Part shown: piece by piece, positions 12,641 through 25,962 of the stretch
How positions within the stretch are numbered: position 1 is the stretch's first letter
Layout: every line of letters begins with the position of its first letter
DNA from: Squalus acanthias
Taxonomy: Eukaryota
Length of the DNA: 64,000 nucleotides
Assembly: GCA_030390025.1 (NCBI GenBank)
Contig: CM059432.1
Location: 93,064,001 to 93,128,000, forward strand
Direction: 5' to 3'
The notes under the pieces: model-generated
Database searches by the model: none
What the model saw: only the letters and a program-made list of their open reading frames with translations
Told to the model about the DNA's origin: nothing
Position numbers and translations under genes: made by a program

Positions 12641-13348
12641 CCGACGGAAAAGCATCAGGTGAGCAGTACTATCGTAATAACACTGTTAAGAACTGCTTTG
12701 TATTTGAAGTGTTAGATTGAGCTTTTCTTTGGCCAGAAAGGTGAATAGCTCTTTAAATTAAATATACACATTATTTTCATCACATAAAGTATAAATGAAG
12801 CACCTTGTGTGACAATGTATTGCTGAATATTATAAATGTGATTTTAGAGGATTAAGAATAAAGACATTTTTCTTTACTAATGAGACAGCCATTTGTAACA
12901 TCTGAATAAGGGTTAAGAATAACACAATTGCTTGGATATCACTGGAATATTCCTGTGATGTGAGGCTTTTGATGTTTCTCAGTTTATTTTTGGAAGTAGT
13001 ACTAAACATACTCTAATATTTTATCATTTATTAAATGACAAAATGCACAATTTGCAAAATGACTGCATAGCGTTAATTTAGTGAAAATAGGCTAATTTAG
13101 TGAAAATAGGCTAACTTCCTCGTTTTGAAAACATCAAAGAACCCAGGTAAAATTACCTGCTTCCAACTCAAATTGTTTAACTTTTGCTTTTCCTTAACAG
13201 TAGTTTATGACAAGACATCAATGCTAGCTCATATTGGGTAGTCTGAAGACATAGTTACAACTAACTCTTAGTGAGATTTACTATTGCTGAATTACCAGTG
13301 TTCTCCAGATAGTTTGAACACAATAACTGCTTGCAGTTGGGATATTAG

Positions 13349-13860
13349 GGGGGAAAAATTCGGTTGCTTTGCGCCTCCTGCTAACAGAGCGCAAAGCAAC
13401 TAGCGCCCGGGCCCGGCGCCGCCTACACCTCCCGCGAAATTCAACGGGAGGTTAGCGGCGGTGGTAACCGGTAGCACCCTGCGCCGCCGGCGATGACATA
13501 ATCACCGTGCGCAGTGCCCCGTTTGCGATCTTCGGGAGTGCCCCCTGACTTACCACCGGACGCTATGTCCGACAGGGTCAGGGGGGCCTACCTGCGACCA
13601 GGGCGGCGCTATTTAAAGGCGAGGTGCGGGGCGGCCATTTTTGTTGCTGCCCCTGTTGCCGTCCCCGGCCTCCTTACCTGCCCCCCCGCGGCGTGCCGGC
13701 TGCGCTCCATGAGCCCGGCATTTCTCTGTGCAAGGCCCCTCCCCTTTAAGATACCGCGGCACGTAGCGCCCCGCTTCCCTCTTGGGGCGCTACCACTCAA
13801 TTTCCATTGCGGGGGCGCTAATTTAAAAGTACAAAGGGGGCGCTACTCAATTTTTAGCCC
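13349..13860. mobile_element. Harbinger-type MITE (GGGGGAAAAATT family)
   Basis: TIR GGGGGAAAAATT / AATTTTTAGCCC with TAG TSD. Homologous to 5437-5964 and 40696-41366. Confidence 0.8.
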
Positions 13861-13924
13861 TAGAACTTTAAGTCTCAATATTGTGACTATAAAAACCACC
13901 AAAAACTCAAAATGGCAACTCAAA

Positions 13925-14140
13925 GAGTGGTTAGAATGTGAAATTTGTTACCACATGAAGTAGCTGAGGCAAATAGCATAGATGCATTTTAGGGGAAGCT
14001 AGATAAGTACATGAGGGGTAAAGGAATATGTTGCTAGGGTGAGAGAAGTAAGGTGGGAGGAGGCTCATGTGGAGCATAAACACCGGCATAGACTTGTTGG
14101 GCCGAATGGCCTGTTTCTGTGCTGTAACTACTATGTAATA
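13925..14140 (+). mobile_element. CR1 3' end fragment
   Basis: Contains the GGGCCGAATGGCCTGTTTCTGTGCTGTA 3' UTR motif; reverse complement of about 4800-5000. Confidence 0.65.
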
Positions 14141-14455
14141 CACTGTAAAAATGTTTTTTTTTGGCTCGGAGACAATTACAGACACATCTGCTAGACAAGA
14201 GAAATAAACGCATGGCTTCGGTTGTTTTTAACACCCTCGAGAATACAGCACCTTGTACTTTAGATGGTTTCTAGCTCACAGCACAATAGCACAATGTGAC
14301 TAAACATGATAAAATGCAGCAGCACCACTGGCTCAATAGAGAATAAGAGCATTTCTGTAATTTGGAAAAAAAAACGCCCTGGGGCAACCACAAGGGAAAA
14401 CACGTGGCATGTTCACAATACATTCACAATAGGCATTTTATATATACACACACAA

Positions 14456-14478
14456 ATATATATATATATATATATATA
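14456..14478. repeat. (TA)n microsatellite
   Basis: Read directly from the sequence. Confidence 0.9.
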
Positions 14479-17344
14479 GGTAAGGAAAAAGTAGGGATGT
14501 GCAAACATCCTGACATCTGTTTTTTTTAAAAAAATGTTCACCAAACCTCAGAATGTTTCATGAACTTAGGTGCTACCTACTTTCTTACGTCCTTAAGTGC
14601 ATCATTCAGAAATATTGTCACATTTGGTTTAGCAGTGCAAACAAGTCTGCGGGAATTGTCACTGGTGGCTATAAAACGCATATTCAGGAATGAATGATTC
14701 CATCACGTAATGTACAAACAATGCCATAATCCACAATCAACAATTTAAGAGGTCTTAGTCCCCAAATCCATATTTTGTAATATATAACTTTTATATATTT
14801 TTTTACAAAATATATTTCTTGAACAAACTGGAACAAACTGTAATTTTTTATTATTCCAAAACTTTTTTTTAAAACAACACTGCTCTTGACAGAAACATAG
14901 TGGTTAAAGGGCAAGAAACCCTAATAATGGTGCGTGGTCCAAAACCACTTCACATTTTTGTTTGTGTTCCGCTGAATAAGGCTGCTAGCATCAGAAGCTG
15001 CATGTAGCCCAAACTGCTTTAAAAAAAAAATAACTTGGGCATCACCATTGTACCTTGTTACTGAAAAATTGTCTTATATTCCAAATATTTCTATGACTGC
15101 ACTGAATTTTTAAATAATTTTTATGATTTAACAAATTAAATTAATAAATTTGGAAGATGAAAAAGATCATTAAAAAAATTATTCCTGCTGAGGGAATGAA
15201 ATACTTGGAACAAGAATTCCTGTCTACGTCAACACATTAGCTACATTATCAGCTCTCAATGACAAGAATAAATGAAAAGCTCAGTAACCTGGCCGAGAAT
15301 TTCCTCGGAACTGCTTTGTAAACTGGGTTTCCGCTGCACTTACGGTGAAGTTACGGCTATGGAGCAGGAGCTGCTTCAAGAAAATTCCCAGCCAACGCCT
15401 TCTAACTCACTCCACTATAATCTAGATCTCCGAGATGGTTTCATTTTGTATGTCAGCATTCCATCGATATAGAAAACTATGCCTGTCTCATTGGAATTTC
15501 CAAAATTGCAGATCTTATTCACTTTCTTAACCAATAACTAACCCCTATTGTGTCCATTCCCTTCACAATTTTAATACGTGTACCAGGTAAAATTAGTGAT
15601 GACTGGGGTACTTTTAGTATTAGCAAGCAATATTGTAAAGCTGAGTAGGATATATGGCTTGAACTTGTGTTTGAAGACATTGTGTAAAGAATAAGAAATG
15701 GAGTTTGTTAAAAACTGGAACAATTTTTGGAGAAGTATTTGAACAGGTTTGGGGGTAGAAAACTGGGCCAGATGCGGTGTAATATATTTGTGAAATATTT
15801 AAAATGGAGAGGAGGAAAAGAGGAAGAGCATTAACTGGAAAATAAGGGCAGAAAAGATATTAATGAAACATTTGAGAGCTATAGGTGTAAAAATCAGTGC
15901 TAGTAAGAAAAATTAAAAATTCTTATTAATACATGGAACAAGCATCTTGTATGGAATGAGAAAGTGAATAATACAGGCCCAACAAGAGACCCAGTTAAAA
16001 CCAGTAGTTGAGAAGTTTCATATGATAATGGGATCTAAAATATTTAGAAGGAATAGAATGATTGAGAGCACTAGCATGGCTAGAAGAAAAGAACAAATCT
16101 GCTTTATGTAACTCCTATCACATCCTTAGGATATCCCATTCGCTTCACAGTCAATAAGTTACGAAGTTGATTTATAGGACTGTGAGTCAACTTCAGTAGT
16201 AATCTGTGACACAAAGGGGACAAACTTGATTAGGAATTGTTATGGGCGACCAACACATGGCACCATGGAGTGGTGTTCATGAGCTTTCATGCCTCTGCAT
16301 TCCTTATTTCAATCACATCAAATTCGGAGGGGTGTATACCCGGCAGCTTATCCACTACTGTCAGTTTTCTAACATGGCCAAAAGTGAAATGACTCCCAAT
16401 GAATGTTACCTAAGTGTAGCATTCAAACAGAGAACAGCCAAGTTCCGGATTCAGCAAGGTGAAAAGAGCAATGGACCGATGGCAAGGCCTAATGAATGAA
16501 GGTCCTGAAAATGGGCCTCAATGATAGGGGTAAGTTAAATAGCCTTTTCAGGTTCCAACTTTCTTCTGCAAATTCCTTCTGCAAACATTTTTCTTCTAGG
16601 GAGAAGAATTTGGCCTCCATCGCCTTTTGTGTAGAATACAATGATCTCAGTTTGGGAAGCATCGTTGTTGCTCTTCTCTGCACCTTTTCTGGAGGTACAT
16701 GGATTAGATCATTTAAATGCGATCTAATAAAAGGTTAATATAACCTTCCTTAACTGTTGCAACTTTATATTCAAATTTTAATTTGCCTCAATATATGGTG
16801 TTTTACATGACAGAGATGGTTTCAATGGTTGACCAGGTATTACTCTTAATTAGTTTTTCTACTTTTTTTTTTACAAAGCTTTTATTTTAAAGCATAGCTA
16901 TATTTAATATTTTAGGAGCAATGCACATTACATTAGGTTTATCATCACTGAATGCTATTTGAAAGCCATTTGCCCGATTCTCAAGTCTATCAAAATTGTC
17001 TGAATAGCTGCTTCTGTGTTACAATTTGCCCTTTCACATAATCTAGTATAATGATCAATTTGGGGAATTCTGCTCATGGTGTTATCCCAGTTTACGAAGA
17101 AACCAGTTGAAGTGCATGCAATTTCCTGCAATGGCAGCTTTTTTCAGGTGGACATAATGAAAAGTGGATCATACTAATTGGTAACCTTTCAGTTTCCTAC
17201 TAAGTCAGAGATTGCTTTTAGTTACTATCATATCATTTGGTTTGAGTGGAAGCTGTGAACACTTTAACACAATTGCTATACTAATGGTGGACGGCATCAC
17301 TTCTCTGACCAGCCTTACTATCCCTGGGAAATGCCAACACTTAT

Positions 17345-17481
17345 GGGGTAATTTTTACCTTCACTGCCTGGGTGGTAATCTAATGGAGCGGATTGCCTGC
17401 CCATTGTAGAATCTACCCGATTTTCATCCCATTGATTTCAGGCAATTTACTGCCTAGGCGGAGACGGTGAACAATTACCCC
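17345..17481. mobile_element. Short palindromic MITE
   Basis: GGGGTAATTTTTACCTTCAC ... GGTGAACAATTACCCC. Second copy at 21512-21646. Confidence 0.65.
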
Positions 17482-19010
17482 TTTGTCTCACCCACGTTAA
17501 GTGCACTGCCTGTCAGCTGAGCAACACAGCATTTCTAGCATCAGGCCACCGAGGATGTGTTTTTGATTAACAGTCCTTTTCAGTATTGGATAAAGTTTAC
17601 AAGTTAGTAGGGAACTGCAGCCAAAATGACAACATTTAAAAAAAACCTGCTGCCCTCAACGTACCCCAGTGTTAATGTTAAGCAAAACTGGCATCAATTC
17701 AATTGCACTGTCCTTGTTCATTGATCCAGTTCAATGCACATCCCTAAAGAGTCCACTAGTTTGTAATGCAAAGCTATGTAGCTGTTCATTACTTTCAAAA
17801 AAAACAAAGGTTCCTGCTGCGCGTGGCTGGTGTTCCGTGCTGTCTTCTTAATGTTGCAGCACAATCAATTTTGCTTTTGTGGAAGTTTATGACAGCTCTG
17901 GAAAGAAACAATTTCACCCTCCATTCCACGTGACCCTGATCTTCCACCTCCCTTAACCTCCGAGAAAATAAGACACATATCGTTGTAATATCTTCAACAG
18001 TATGCAGTATTCTACTTAGTGATTTTGCTGTAGTTAAATGCAAATGATTAGTAAAAATAGCTTATACTGCTTAGAAGAACAGTGAAGCCACACCAAAAAG
18101 ATAAACCACATGAGTGTTTCATTATAGAGTTCCTTATGTCGGCACTGTGTTCATAGCCATCAGGTTTCCTGAGAAACCTCCACGACCAAGATATAAAATT
18201 GTAACACAATATACTTCATTTCCCGGTCAGACGATGCTTCAAACCAATGCAGAAACATTTGCTTCAGAATTTCTTCATCACTCTACTCCAGCTGCTCACA
18301 GAAAGAGATTTCCATGTAATACATCTTTCATCATTGACATATGAATAACCTGTTTGCTGCTCAGTTCCACACAGGCTTTTTTTAAGTGCATCTTGTTGGA
18401 TATGAATGTTGTTGCTACAGTTACAAATTTATTTAAAAAACACAGTTAAGTGCTTCAAAAACTGTACATAATAGCTGCCCAAAGAATCTTCTTAAAGGCC
18501 CTTCACAACTTGCCTCTAATCAATAAATCTCTGGCAAGCTTTCTTCCAGCGGCAGGCAGTACACCACATGTCTCGGTTTTCCATACCATACACTTTCCGG
18601 CATTTCTTTCCTTCCCCACGAATTTTTCTGAGAGTGAAAAAAACAAACCAAAATTGGACATTTTGATGGTCCGAGGACTGTATGCCCCCCTTCAGTACAC
18701 CTCTTCTAATGAAAAACATGAGAATGAATGACCGCCACTGTAATTAGTGAATCAAGTTGCACTTTCAGAAATCATACATTTCAAAAATTCCTGTTCTGCA
18801 ATTTCATTTGTGGATTATTAATTACCGAGATAAGAAAACATTCTGTTGTTTTTCATTAAAAGAATTTCTCCTCCTCGTTTGTTGTTTGCTTCACTTAGTT
18901 GGAGAAGTTTGGAATTACTTGTGTTTGCCTACATAATATCAATCACTGCACCCCAAAAGTAATTCATCAGGTAAAGTGCTCCGAGATGTTTCGATGTAAT
19001 AAGGCACTAT

Positions 19011-19895
19011 GGGGGAGAAATTCAGTATTTGGGGCGCAATTATCGGCCGGGCACAAAGATTAGCGCCTGGCGCTAATTATCGCCACCGACTGCAAACTTG
19101 ACTTTTATCACCCCTGGAGGTGATTGGAGCGCTAAATCAGGCGCTTCACACCTGTCTTAAGGCGCAAAGGCCGAGGAGCAAGGCGCTACCTCAGAGCACT
19201 GGCGAAGCTCATGTGATGTCAGTCAGCAATGGAACACACACACAATGGCGCAGGCCAGTTCTTAAAGGGGAGGGTTGATCTTGCTTTCCATCCACATCCT
19301 GCTCATTGCAGCCTTGAATCTCGGCCTGAAGAGACCTGCACATCAAATCTGCTGGAAAGAACAATGGAGAGTACCAGGGAAAGAGCTCAGAGTGCAGCCC
19401 CCACAGTCTCTTCTAAATCAATACAAGGAAGGGCAAATCAAAATGAACCTGCAAAGTACTGCTCAGTACCCAAAACTCCTTCACACAGCGTTGAATCTCT
19501 CCAGAAGACTTTCTCTCTCTCTCTCAGAATGCGTGGTTCAAAAATGTCACCAACAATAAAAGGCAGGAAGCGGTCGCCTTTAAATAGCGCTCCCCCAGTC
19601 CCTTCCTGACTGCAAAACGCTCCCCTCAACCTATCGTTGCTAACGGCAGGCGGTAAGGCAGGGGGCGCCACTCAATATCCGCTCCGGGGCGATACCGGGG
19701 CGTTGTGCACTCGACTGACGTCACGATCTGCCGGCGCAGGAGATCGTGGCGGTAGTGTTTAGCGCCGCCGCAAAATGTCTAGTTAATTTCGCTAGCGGCG
19801 CAAACTTTGCCACGCCCGGGCGCTAGATGCTTTGCGCCCCATTAGCGCCCTCTTAAGGTGCTAACGGGAGGCGCAACCAACTGAATTTTTCCCCC
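19011..19895 (+). mobile_element. ~890-bp non-autonomous Harbinger element
   Basis: TIR GGGGGAGAAATTCAG / CTGAATTTTTCCCCC with TAT TSD. Close paralog at 58909-59798. Inserted into a SINE/L2-type tail (AAGGCACTAT|ATAAATACAA). Confidence 0.85.
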
Positions 19896-20175
19896 TATAT
19901 AAATACAAACATTGTTATTAATAACATAAATGACTAGAATAACTTAATAGAAAGCTTTCTCAATTCTAAGAAGAAATGGATCCTTATTAAAAATGTTTAA
20001 TATCCTGAATATAGGTCACAATTTTATTTGTGTCCTGACTGTAGTCTTGTCATGGGTAAATGTTGTTATGGGTTAAATCTCAACCATAGTTAAAAAGCAG
20101 GTCTTGAACCTTAAAAGACTGGATTTGAAGCTGGAGCAAGTTAACTATATTATTAGTGGGAAATGACTACTGTAC

Positions 20176-20273
20176 CTTGCTCCGACCGCAGGTCTAGGTG
20201 GAGAGGAGAGTGAAGTGAGGGGCTGCTGGCGCTGCTCTCCAATACCCACAGGACGGCTATGGGTCGGTGAAAC
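20176..20273 (-). other. Candidate 98-nt host exon, gene unidentified
   Basis: GC-rich non-repeat island bounded on the minus strand by TAG| and AAG|GTACAG. Two frames are open (e.g. VSPTHSRPVGIGEQRQQPLTSLSSPPRPAVGA). The acceptor tract is weak. Confidence 0.3.
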
Positions 20274-21511
20274 CTAGCACACACATAAAATTTACATCAG
20301 TCCTACAAACATACTGCTCCAGTGGGAAGTGTCCTACAATCCACCTAATCAGCAATCCTACTTTCTGTTGGATAGAAAGCCTGTAAAATAAAATTAACAT
20401 TGTTTGCACTATAATCATTTAATCTAAAAGGGCATTAAAGACTGCAGGATCTTTTAGCAGTGTAGAGATTTGCTTCCTGCCACATGTTCATCACATGTAT
20501 CTTCACCCTCCAAAAATCAGCGAACTGAACAAGAGCTTGTTTGCTTTTCTGTTCTTCAGATGAGAACAAACAATCCCCAGCGCTGGCTGGAGAACTGTGA
20601 AAACTTAATCAATCCCAGCAAATATGTTGATGACCAAACCAGAATTCAGCAAGCCAGTCAGCAGGAATGACAACAATACAAAAACATCTGATTTTACATT
20701 GTCATTTTTTGCAATCATATTTTAACAAGATTTTTTAATGTTATGGTATTTACAGTTTACTAACAAGAGCCATCCTACCAAATAAGGTAATTTGAAAACC
20801 TCGTAGTGATAAGCTCTGAAAAGAATAAAGTGTTGTTTTAATTGAGTTCTGTAGTTTCACATCACAGTAGTCAAATTGTTGATAACCAATCTTAAAACCA
20901 CTCTCATTTTGATATTTCAAATATGTGTGTAAGTTGTGACACATGTGTAATATGTAAACTATTACATATGGCTGATAATGTAATTAGAGCTACTTCACAA
21001 TGTTCCTCCCCTCCCCCACAGTGTTTAGGCTGTCAGCTATAGGCCACTGTCTTACAATCCTCTTAGTAAAAGACAAACAGTTAGATTCATATTTCCTTGC
21101 TAGTCCTAAGTCAGTCCCAAGGTCCTGCTGGGAGATGGGCCTCCAACAGGCCATTCTAATTCTAGGACAGGCAAGTCCAGCGAACCTTGGTCTTATGGGT
21201 GCACAGCTCTTAGCCAGCGCCGGGGAAAGGTGGATGGGGGCAAGAAAATCAGCCCCTATAAATGAAACCTACATACACACCAGTCTAGAAGACTGACAAA
21301 AGCTGAAGAACAGCTCCAAAAAAGCTGGCAATTCAAATAACAACCAACAATTCAAAAACAGCCTCCAACATAGGCTGTACCATTGGTACCAGTGTCATTG
21401 CTTTAAGGTGACAGATTTAAGTTAAATTCTGTTCTATTACACAGGATTCTCATCTGTGTCTCAAGATCATAGTTTGCAGATTTCCCTCTTTCTTTTAATA
21501 AAAAACCTTCT

Positions 21512-21646
21512 GGGGTAATTTTTACCTTCACTGCTTGGGCAGTAAACTGGCCGAGTAGATTGCTCGCCCATTCTAGAAATTCTAGGGCAGGTGGGAGATC
21601 TGCTCCGCCAGTTTACTACACAAGAGGTGAAGGTGAAAACTACCCA
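21512..21646. mobile_element. Short palindromic MITE
   Basis: GGGGTAATTTTTACCTTCAC ... GTGAAGGTGAAAACTACCC, with internal self-complementarity. Confidence 0.7.
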
Positions 21647-21842
21647 GCTAAAGTCCTTGCTGACTGCATGAAAACAAGTAGTTATGCTAAGAATGCAGTG
21701 GGACATAAACTAGTAACTTATAAATACCCAATGGTACTGAAAATCCAAGAAAGTTCTACTGGTCTCCCATTATAACTCTGGTGGAATCCCCCAAGGAAAG
21801 GGCATAAAAGCCATTTTCAACTGTTTATTATCCAAAGACATG

Positions 21843-22025
21843 GGTACAGGTTCCACATGTACGCTGCTGACGCCCAGCTCTACCTCCTCCACCACCTCTG
21901 TCGACCCCTCCACTGCCTCGGTGTTGTCTGACGTCTAGTCCTGGACGAGCAGCAATTTCCTCCAGTTAAACATTGGGAAGACCGAAGCTAGCGTGTTCTG
22001 CCCCCACCGCAACTTCTGTGCCCTG
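21843..22025 (+). mobile_element. L2-like RT internal fragment
   Basis: Translates to FHMYAADAQLYLL (degenerate YADD) and WTSSNFLQLNIGKTE. Confidence 0.7.
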
Positions 22026-25000
22026 GCTGAATCTCTCCCTAGTGCTGTCCAGGGCCCTTTACTAGGTTCTCAATGGAGCTCTCGCATTCCGTTGGGTCTA
22101 AGTAGAGGTATAAATGGAAGAATTCCCAGAGTAGCTCAGGAACTTCCCCAGACACACACCCTTGTGTGACAGACTTGCGCATGCAAACCCCCCACCCCAC
22201 CTGAATTTCCCAGGCTTCTTGCATAGGGTGGAATGAATCCCAGCAGGCTCCCCAAATTCCAGCCAGTCGGGCGATCTGACTGACTTTTGTCTTGGCGCTT
22301 GATTGAAATTCCGGGGCCAGGATGACAGAAGATTCTTGGTAAGCTTTGGAAATGTAGATTTTAGCCTTTCCTTCCAAATATAAACATTTAATAACATCAG
22401 TTGCATTCCTTCACATGCAGCCAACAATATGAAATAGAAAAGATGAGATGCTCGCTACAAAGCCATGTGGATGCTTCTTTGAGTCTCAGGGTTTCTCCAA
22501 CCATGGTTGTGATGAACCATGGAAACTTTCAGCCAAGTTGCAAGATGCTACTTTGTTGTGCTGTCAAAGGAGGAGAAATTGGTTAGCGTTCAGCCACGTG
22601 TGCGAAAAGGGCAGCGCAACTGCGACATGTGCCTGAAGAGCTCAGCCTGAGGGTCTACCGAAACTGGTCCTCGGGCCTCATTATCATGAAACTAGTGAGC
22701 TGTGGCCCACAGTACTTGTTTGCACGTACCTGAATGTGGAGCCAGTGCTCCTCCTGACTCCACATTTAGGTAAGTGAAAAAAAGTGTACTTACCTTGATT
22801 CCGATGGCCTCCAGCGGTCCCTTTAAGAACACTGGTTAGGCCACTGTAAAGGCCTGAAAAGCTAGTCAGAACATAGCAGTACAGACCGTGATGTGATTCG
22901 AGCGTGACTTCTCACCAACTTTCTGTGCGGATAAATGGCTACTGGTGGCAAGAACCTACTGAAAATTAAAAAAATGTTTTGTGGATGCCATTCACAGAGG
23001 TTGCAGCTTTCCTAACTCATTTATTGGAGTCTTAAACAGGACATTCTTTGAGAAACAAATATTCACCAGCTAAGAGTCAAATGAAGCAATTTTAATCAGC
23101 ACAAACATTCTTTTGTGCAACAACGCTCAAGATTTATTAAAACCATTAAAGTAAAAAGCGCCAACACAAGCTTTTGGAGGTAGAATTGTAGAGTACAGAA
23201 TAGCAACCAACATCTAGCTATGAAGCCATGCTCATTAGACCCCAGTATCTGGAGAATACATAATGAGCTTTTGATTTGGTTCAATTTTGCCAGGGGGATT
23301 GAAGTACAACATAACAGTGCAGTGCAGCCTTGTAACAAAGCCATTAATTGTATATATCAGAGTTCTCAGAGCTGACAAACACTCTCATCAGTCTGCTCTA
23401 ATAGGCAAAATATGGTAATTCACTAAGAGACATTGAGCACAATTACTGTAAATCACAGTGCCTCATACCAATAACTTCAATATTATTGATGCTTCATGTA
23501 TTCTACTGAGGACTGGGTGAGCATCTGTAGTATATCAAGTGTCTCACTCCAAGCACCATAAAAGGATTGAATATGGATACATTCTGCATCGTATTATTGC
23601 CCATAAAAATCACTGAAGTCCACATTAACTCTTTAGCCAAATTGCTACAAGTACTGAATTTGCTCATCTCCAGGACATTGCGGGTAATTATTATAAATCA
23701 TTGTGAATTGCTTTTTCAGAACAATGACACTGTGGGGTACAGAAAGCATCCGATACCTTTCATGGAAGGGTTATGTCCACAATTATTGTAAATCATCTGC
23801 ACCACTACGATCCTTTTTCAGACAGCAATGACATTGATGGTTGTCTGTATTCTTCACAAACACAGAGATAAAATCAACGGCAGTCACTGTATCCATCATG
23901 GTAACAGTTCTTAGAAGCAGGCCATAAATAAGCACATATGGGTGAGCACAACGTCCATTTCCTGTAATTGGTTCAGCCCATTCCCTCACCAATACACTGC
24001 AACTCTCGAGGAGTTCAACTGCACGTGCAGAAGCTGATAGAAAAGAGGCTTCAAAAGAAGCAGTTTGAAGGAGTAATGAGCTAGGCCATTGAATACAAAT
24101 GCTGCACCACTAAAGTCAGGTAACATTTGATGTCTACAGTAGAACTTCTACAACCAAGTAAAACAAGTTTCCAACTCAGGAAAAAACATTCTATTTCCCC
24201 TCCATTATTAGGCTCCACTGCTGTCCTGTGGTCATCTCTGATAATCAGGTTGTCAAAATGGTTTGGCTCTGGGCTATACTGATCTACAAACATCTGACTG
24301 AAAGCAAGTGCTGGGGGAAGAAGCAGGGGGTTTATTTTTCTGTGCTGCTTGGTATATGCTCCATTAAGGCCCTGGCTGAAAACTGGAAAAATTCACATGA
24401 AGAGAGTGGTGAATTTGAATGAAAATCAATATTGGAATTTCCAGATTCGCACCTGGTTTTCTGGGGGTCCAAATCTCAGTGCCTCAAATGAACAATTTTT
24501 GACTTTAGATAATACTCTCACAAGAAATATTCTATGGTTTCGCACACTTCTCCAACTGTACTTTTTACTCAAAACTATAAAATGACAAAAAACTGGTTTC
24601 TCCAGCTGTTATATAAAAAGCAATATGGCCATGGGGGAGTGGTACAGTGGTACTGTCCTTTTACCTCTGGGACCTGGGCCCTCGGTCTGTCGGCTGCAAA
24701 TGTATCACATAAAATGAGTTTGTTCAGTTCCTCAGAGGTACAGGCCCATAGTACAGTACAGTCATAATTCAATGCTGGACTGACTGTTCCACTGAGAGAT
24801 GATGATGAGATGGAATTGGGAATAACTGAAGCAACATGTGGAGTTGGTTTTCTGAGGTTGGTGTAAAGACACATGTTATTGGGGAACAGTGGAGGAACTT
24901 TCCCTTGCATATAAGCCATGTCATAAGCAATGCTCCCTTTAATTTTTTTTTGTGGGTGCTGCGGCCCATTTAAAATACTGCGCTTGCGTGATTTTTCCCG

Positions 25001-25104
25001 TTTAAAAGCCAGTGAGCCGGCTGCACGGGAGCTCCAGAGCGCTGCAGCTTACAGGGAACATTGGTCATAAGTGAACATTCTAGAATTGTACATTAGAAGA
25101 AGAA

Positions 25105-25422
25105 AGAACTTGCATTTATATAACATCCAATTTGTGCACAGCAAGGTTCCACAAACAGCAAAATGATAAATGACTAGTTAATCTGTTTTTGGTGGTGTTG
25201 GTTGAAGGATGGATGTTGGCCAGGACACCAAGGGAACAGTGCTATGGGATCTTTTACAACCACGTGAACAGGCAGACGGAGTCTTGGTTTGACGTCCCAA
25301 CCAAAAGACGACACCTCAGCCGATGCAGCACTCCCTCAGTGCTGCACTGAAGTATCATCTTGAGATTACGTGCTCAAGTCCTGGCTTAATTCCATGACCT
25401 TCTGATTTAGCCAAGCTGACAC
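25105..25422 (-). mobile_element. tRNA-derived DeuSINE/SacSINE1-like SINE, degenerate
   Basis: Homologous to 30097-30545 (ACTGAGGGAGTGCTGCA core and L2-like tail). Confidence 0.7.
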
Positions 25423-25962
25423 TGAAACTGAAACAGCGCATTAAGCTGAAACTGGATGCCAAAACAAAATGGTTTTCCATACTCCTCCCCTTAACCGAAA
25501 CAAAGTTCATCCACCACCACCCCCCCACCTCCCATATAGATCAGTCATATTTCAAATGGTACAAAGGTCCACTGGTGCTCAGAGAGTTAACCAACAAAGG
25601 CATGACTAAATATGAGCTATTCCAAAACATGAAAGAAGGTGGATTTAATACATCCTCCGCACATACTTATTTACACTTTGCCTTGCAATGAGACCTTCTG
25701 GCCAATTCATTTGCTGACAGTATCCACCTAACATACCTTTATATCAAAGGATCGGTGCAAAGGCTGGGAATTTCTGCATGAATTCTCAATATCGGAAAAA
25801 GCCATCATTAATAACAAGATGGGGGTAAAGATTTCCTCTGTGCAGTATTATAAAGGTGTTTATGATTTGTCTGCATATAACACAGAGGAAATCTTCCAAA
25901 ATGTATTTAGTCACTTTTAAGACTGTTAATTACATTCATTTTTCCATCCCAAAGGGTACATA

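Noticed and set aside
13074..13114. 19-bp direct repeat as a CRISPR-like array
   Set aside because: Two adjacent copies with no spacer; a simple tandem duplication in eukaryotic DNA.
19229..19609. 126-aa ORF with a paralog at 59135-59461, suggesting a duplicated host gene
   Set aside because: Both lie inside TIR/TSD-bounded MITEs and their C-termini are in different frames.
20559..20670. Plus-strand exon after the acceptor-like TTTTCTGTTCTTCAG
   Set aside because: No strong donor, no partner exons and no recognisable product.
23380..24100. Possible ancient Gypsy integrase relic (VDFSDFYG-like, Cys/His motifs)
   Set aside because: Motifs are weak, broken by stops and not in the expected order; an HMM search would be needed.
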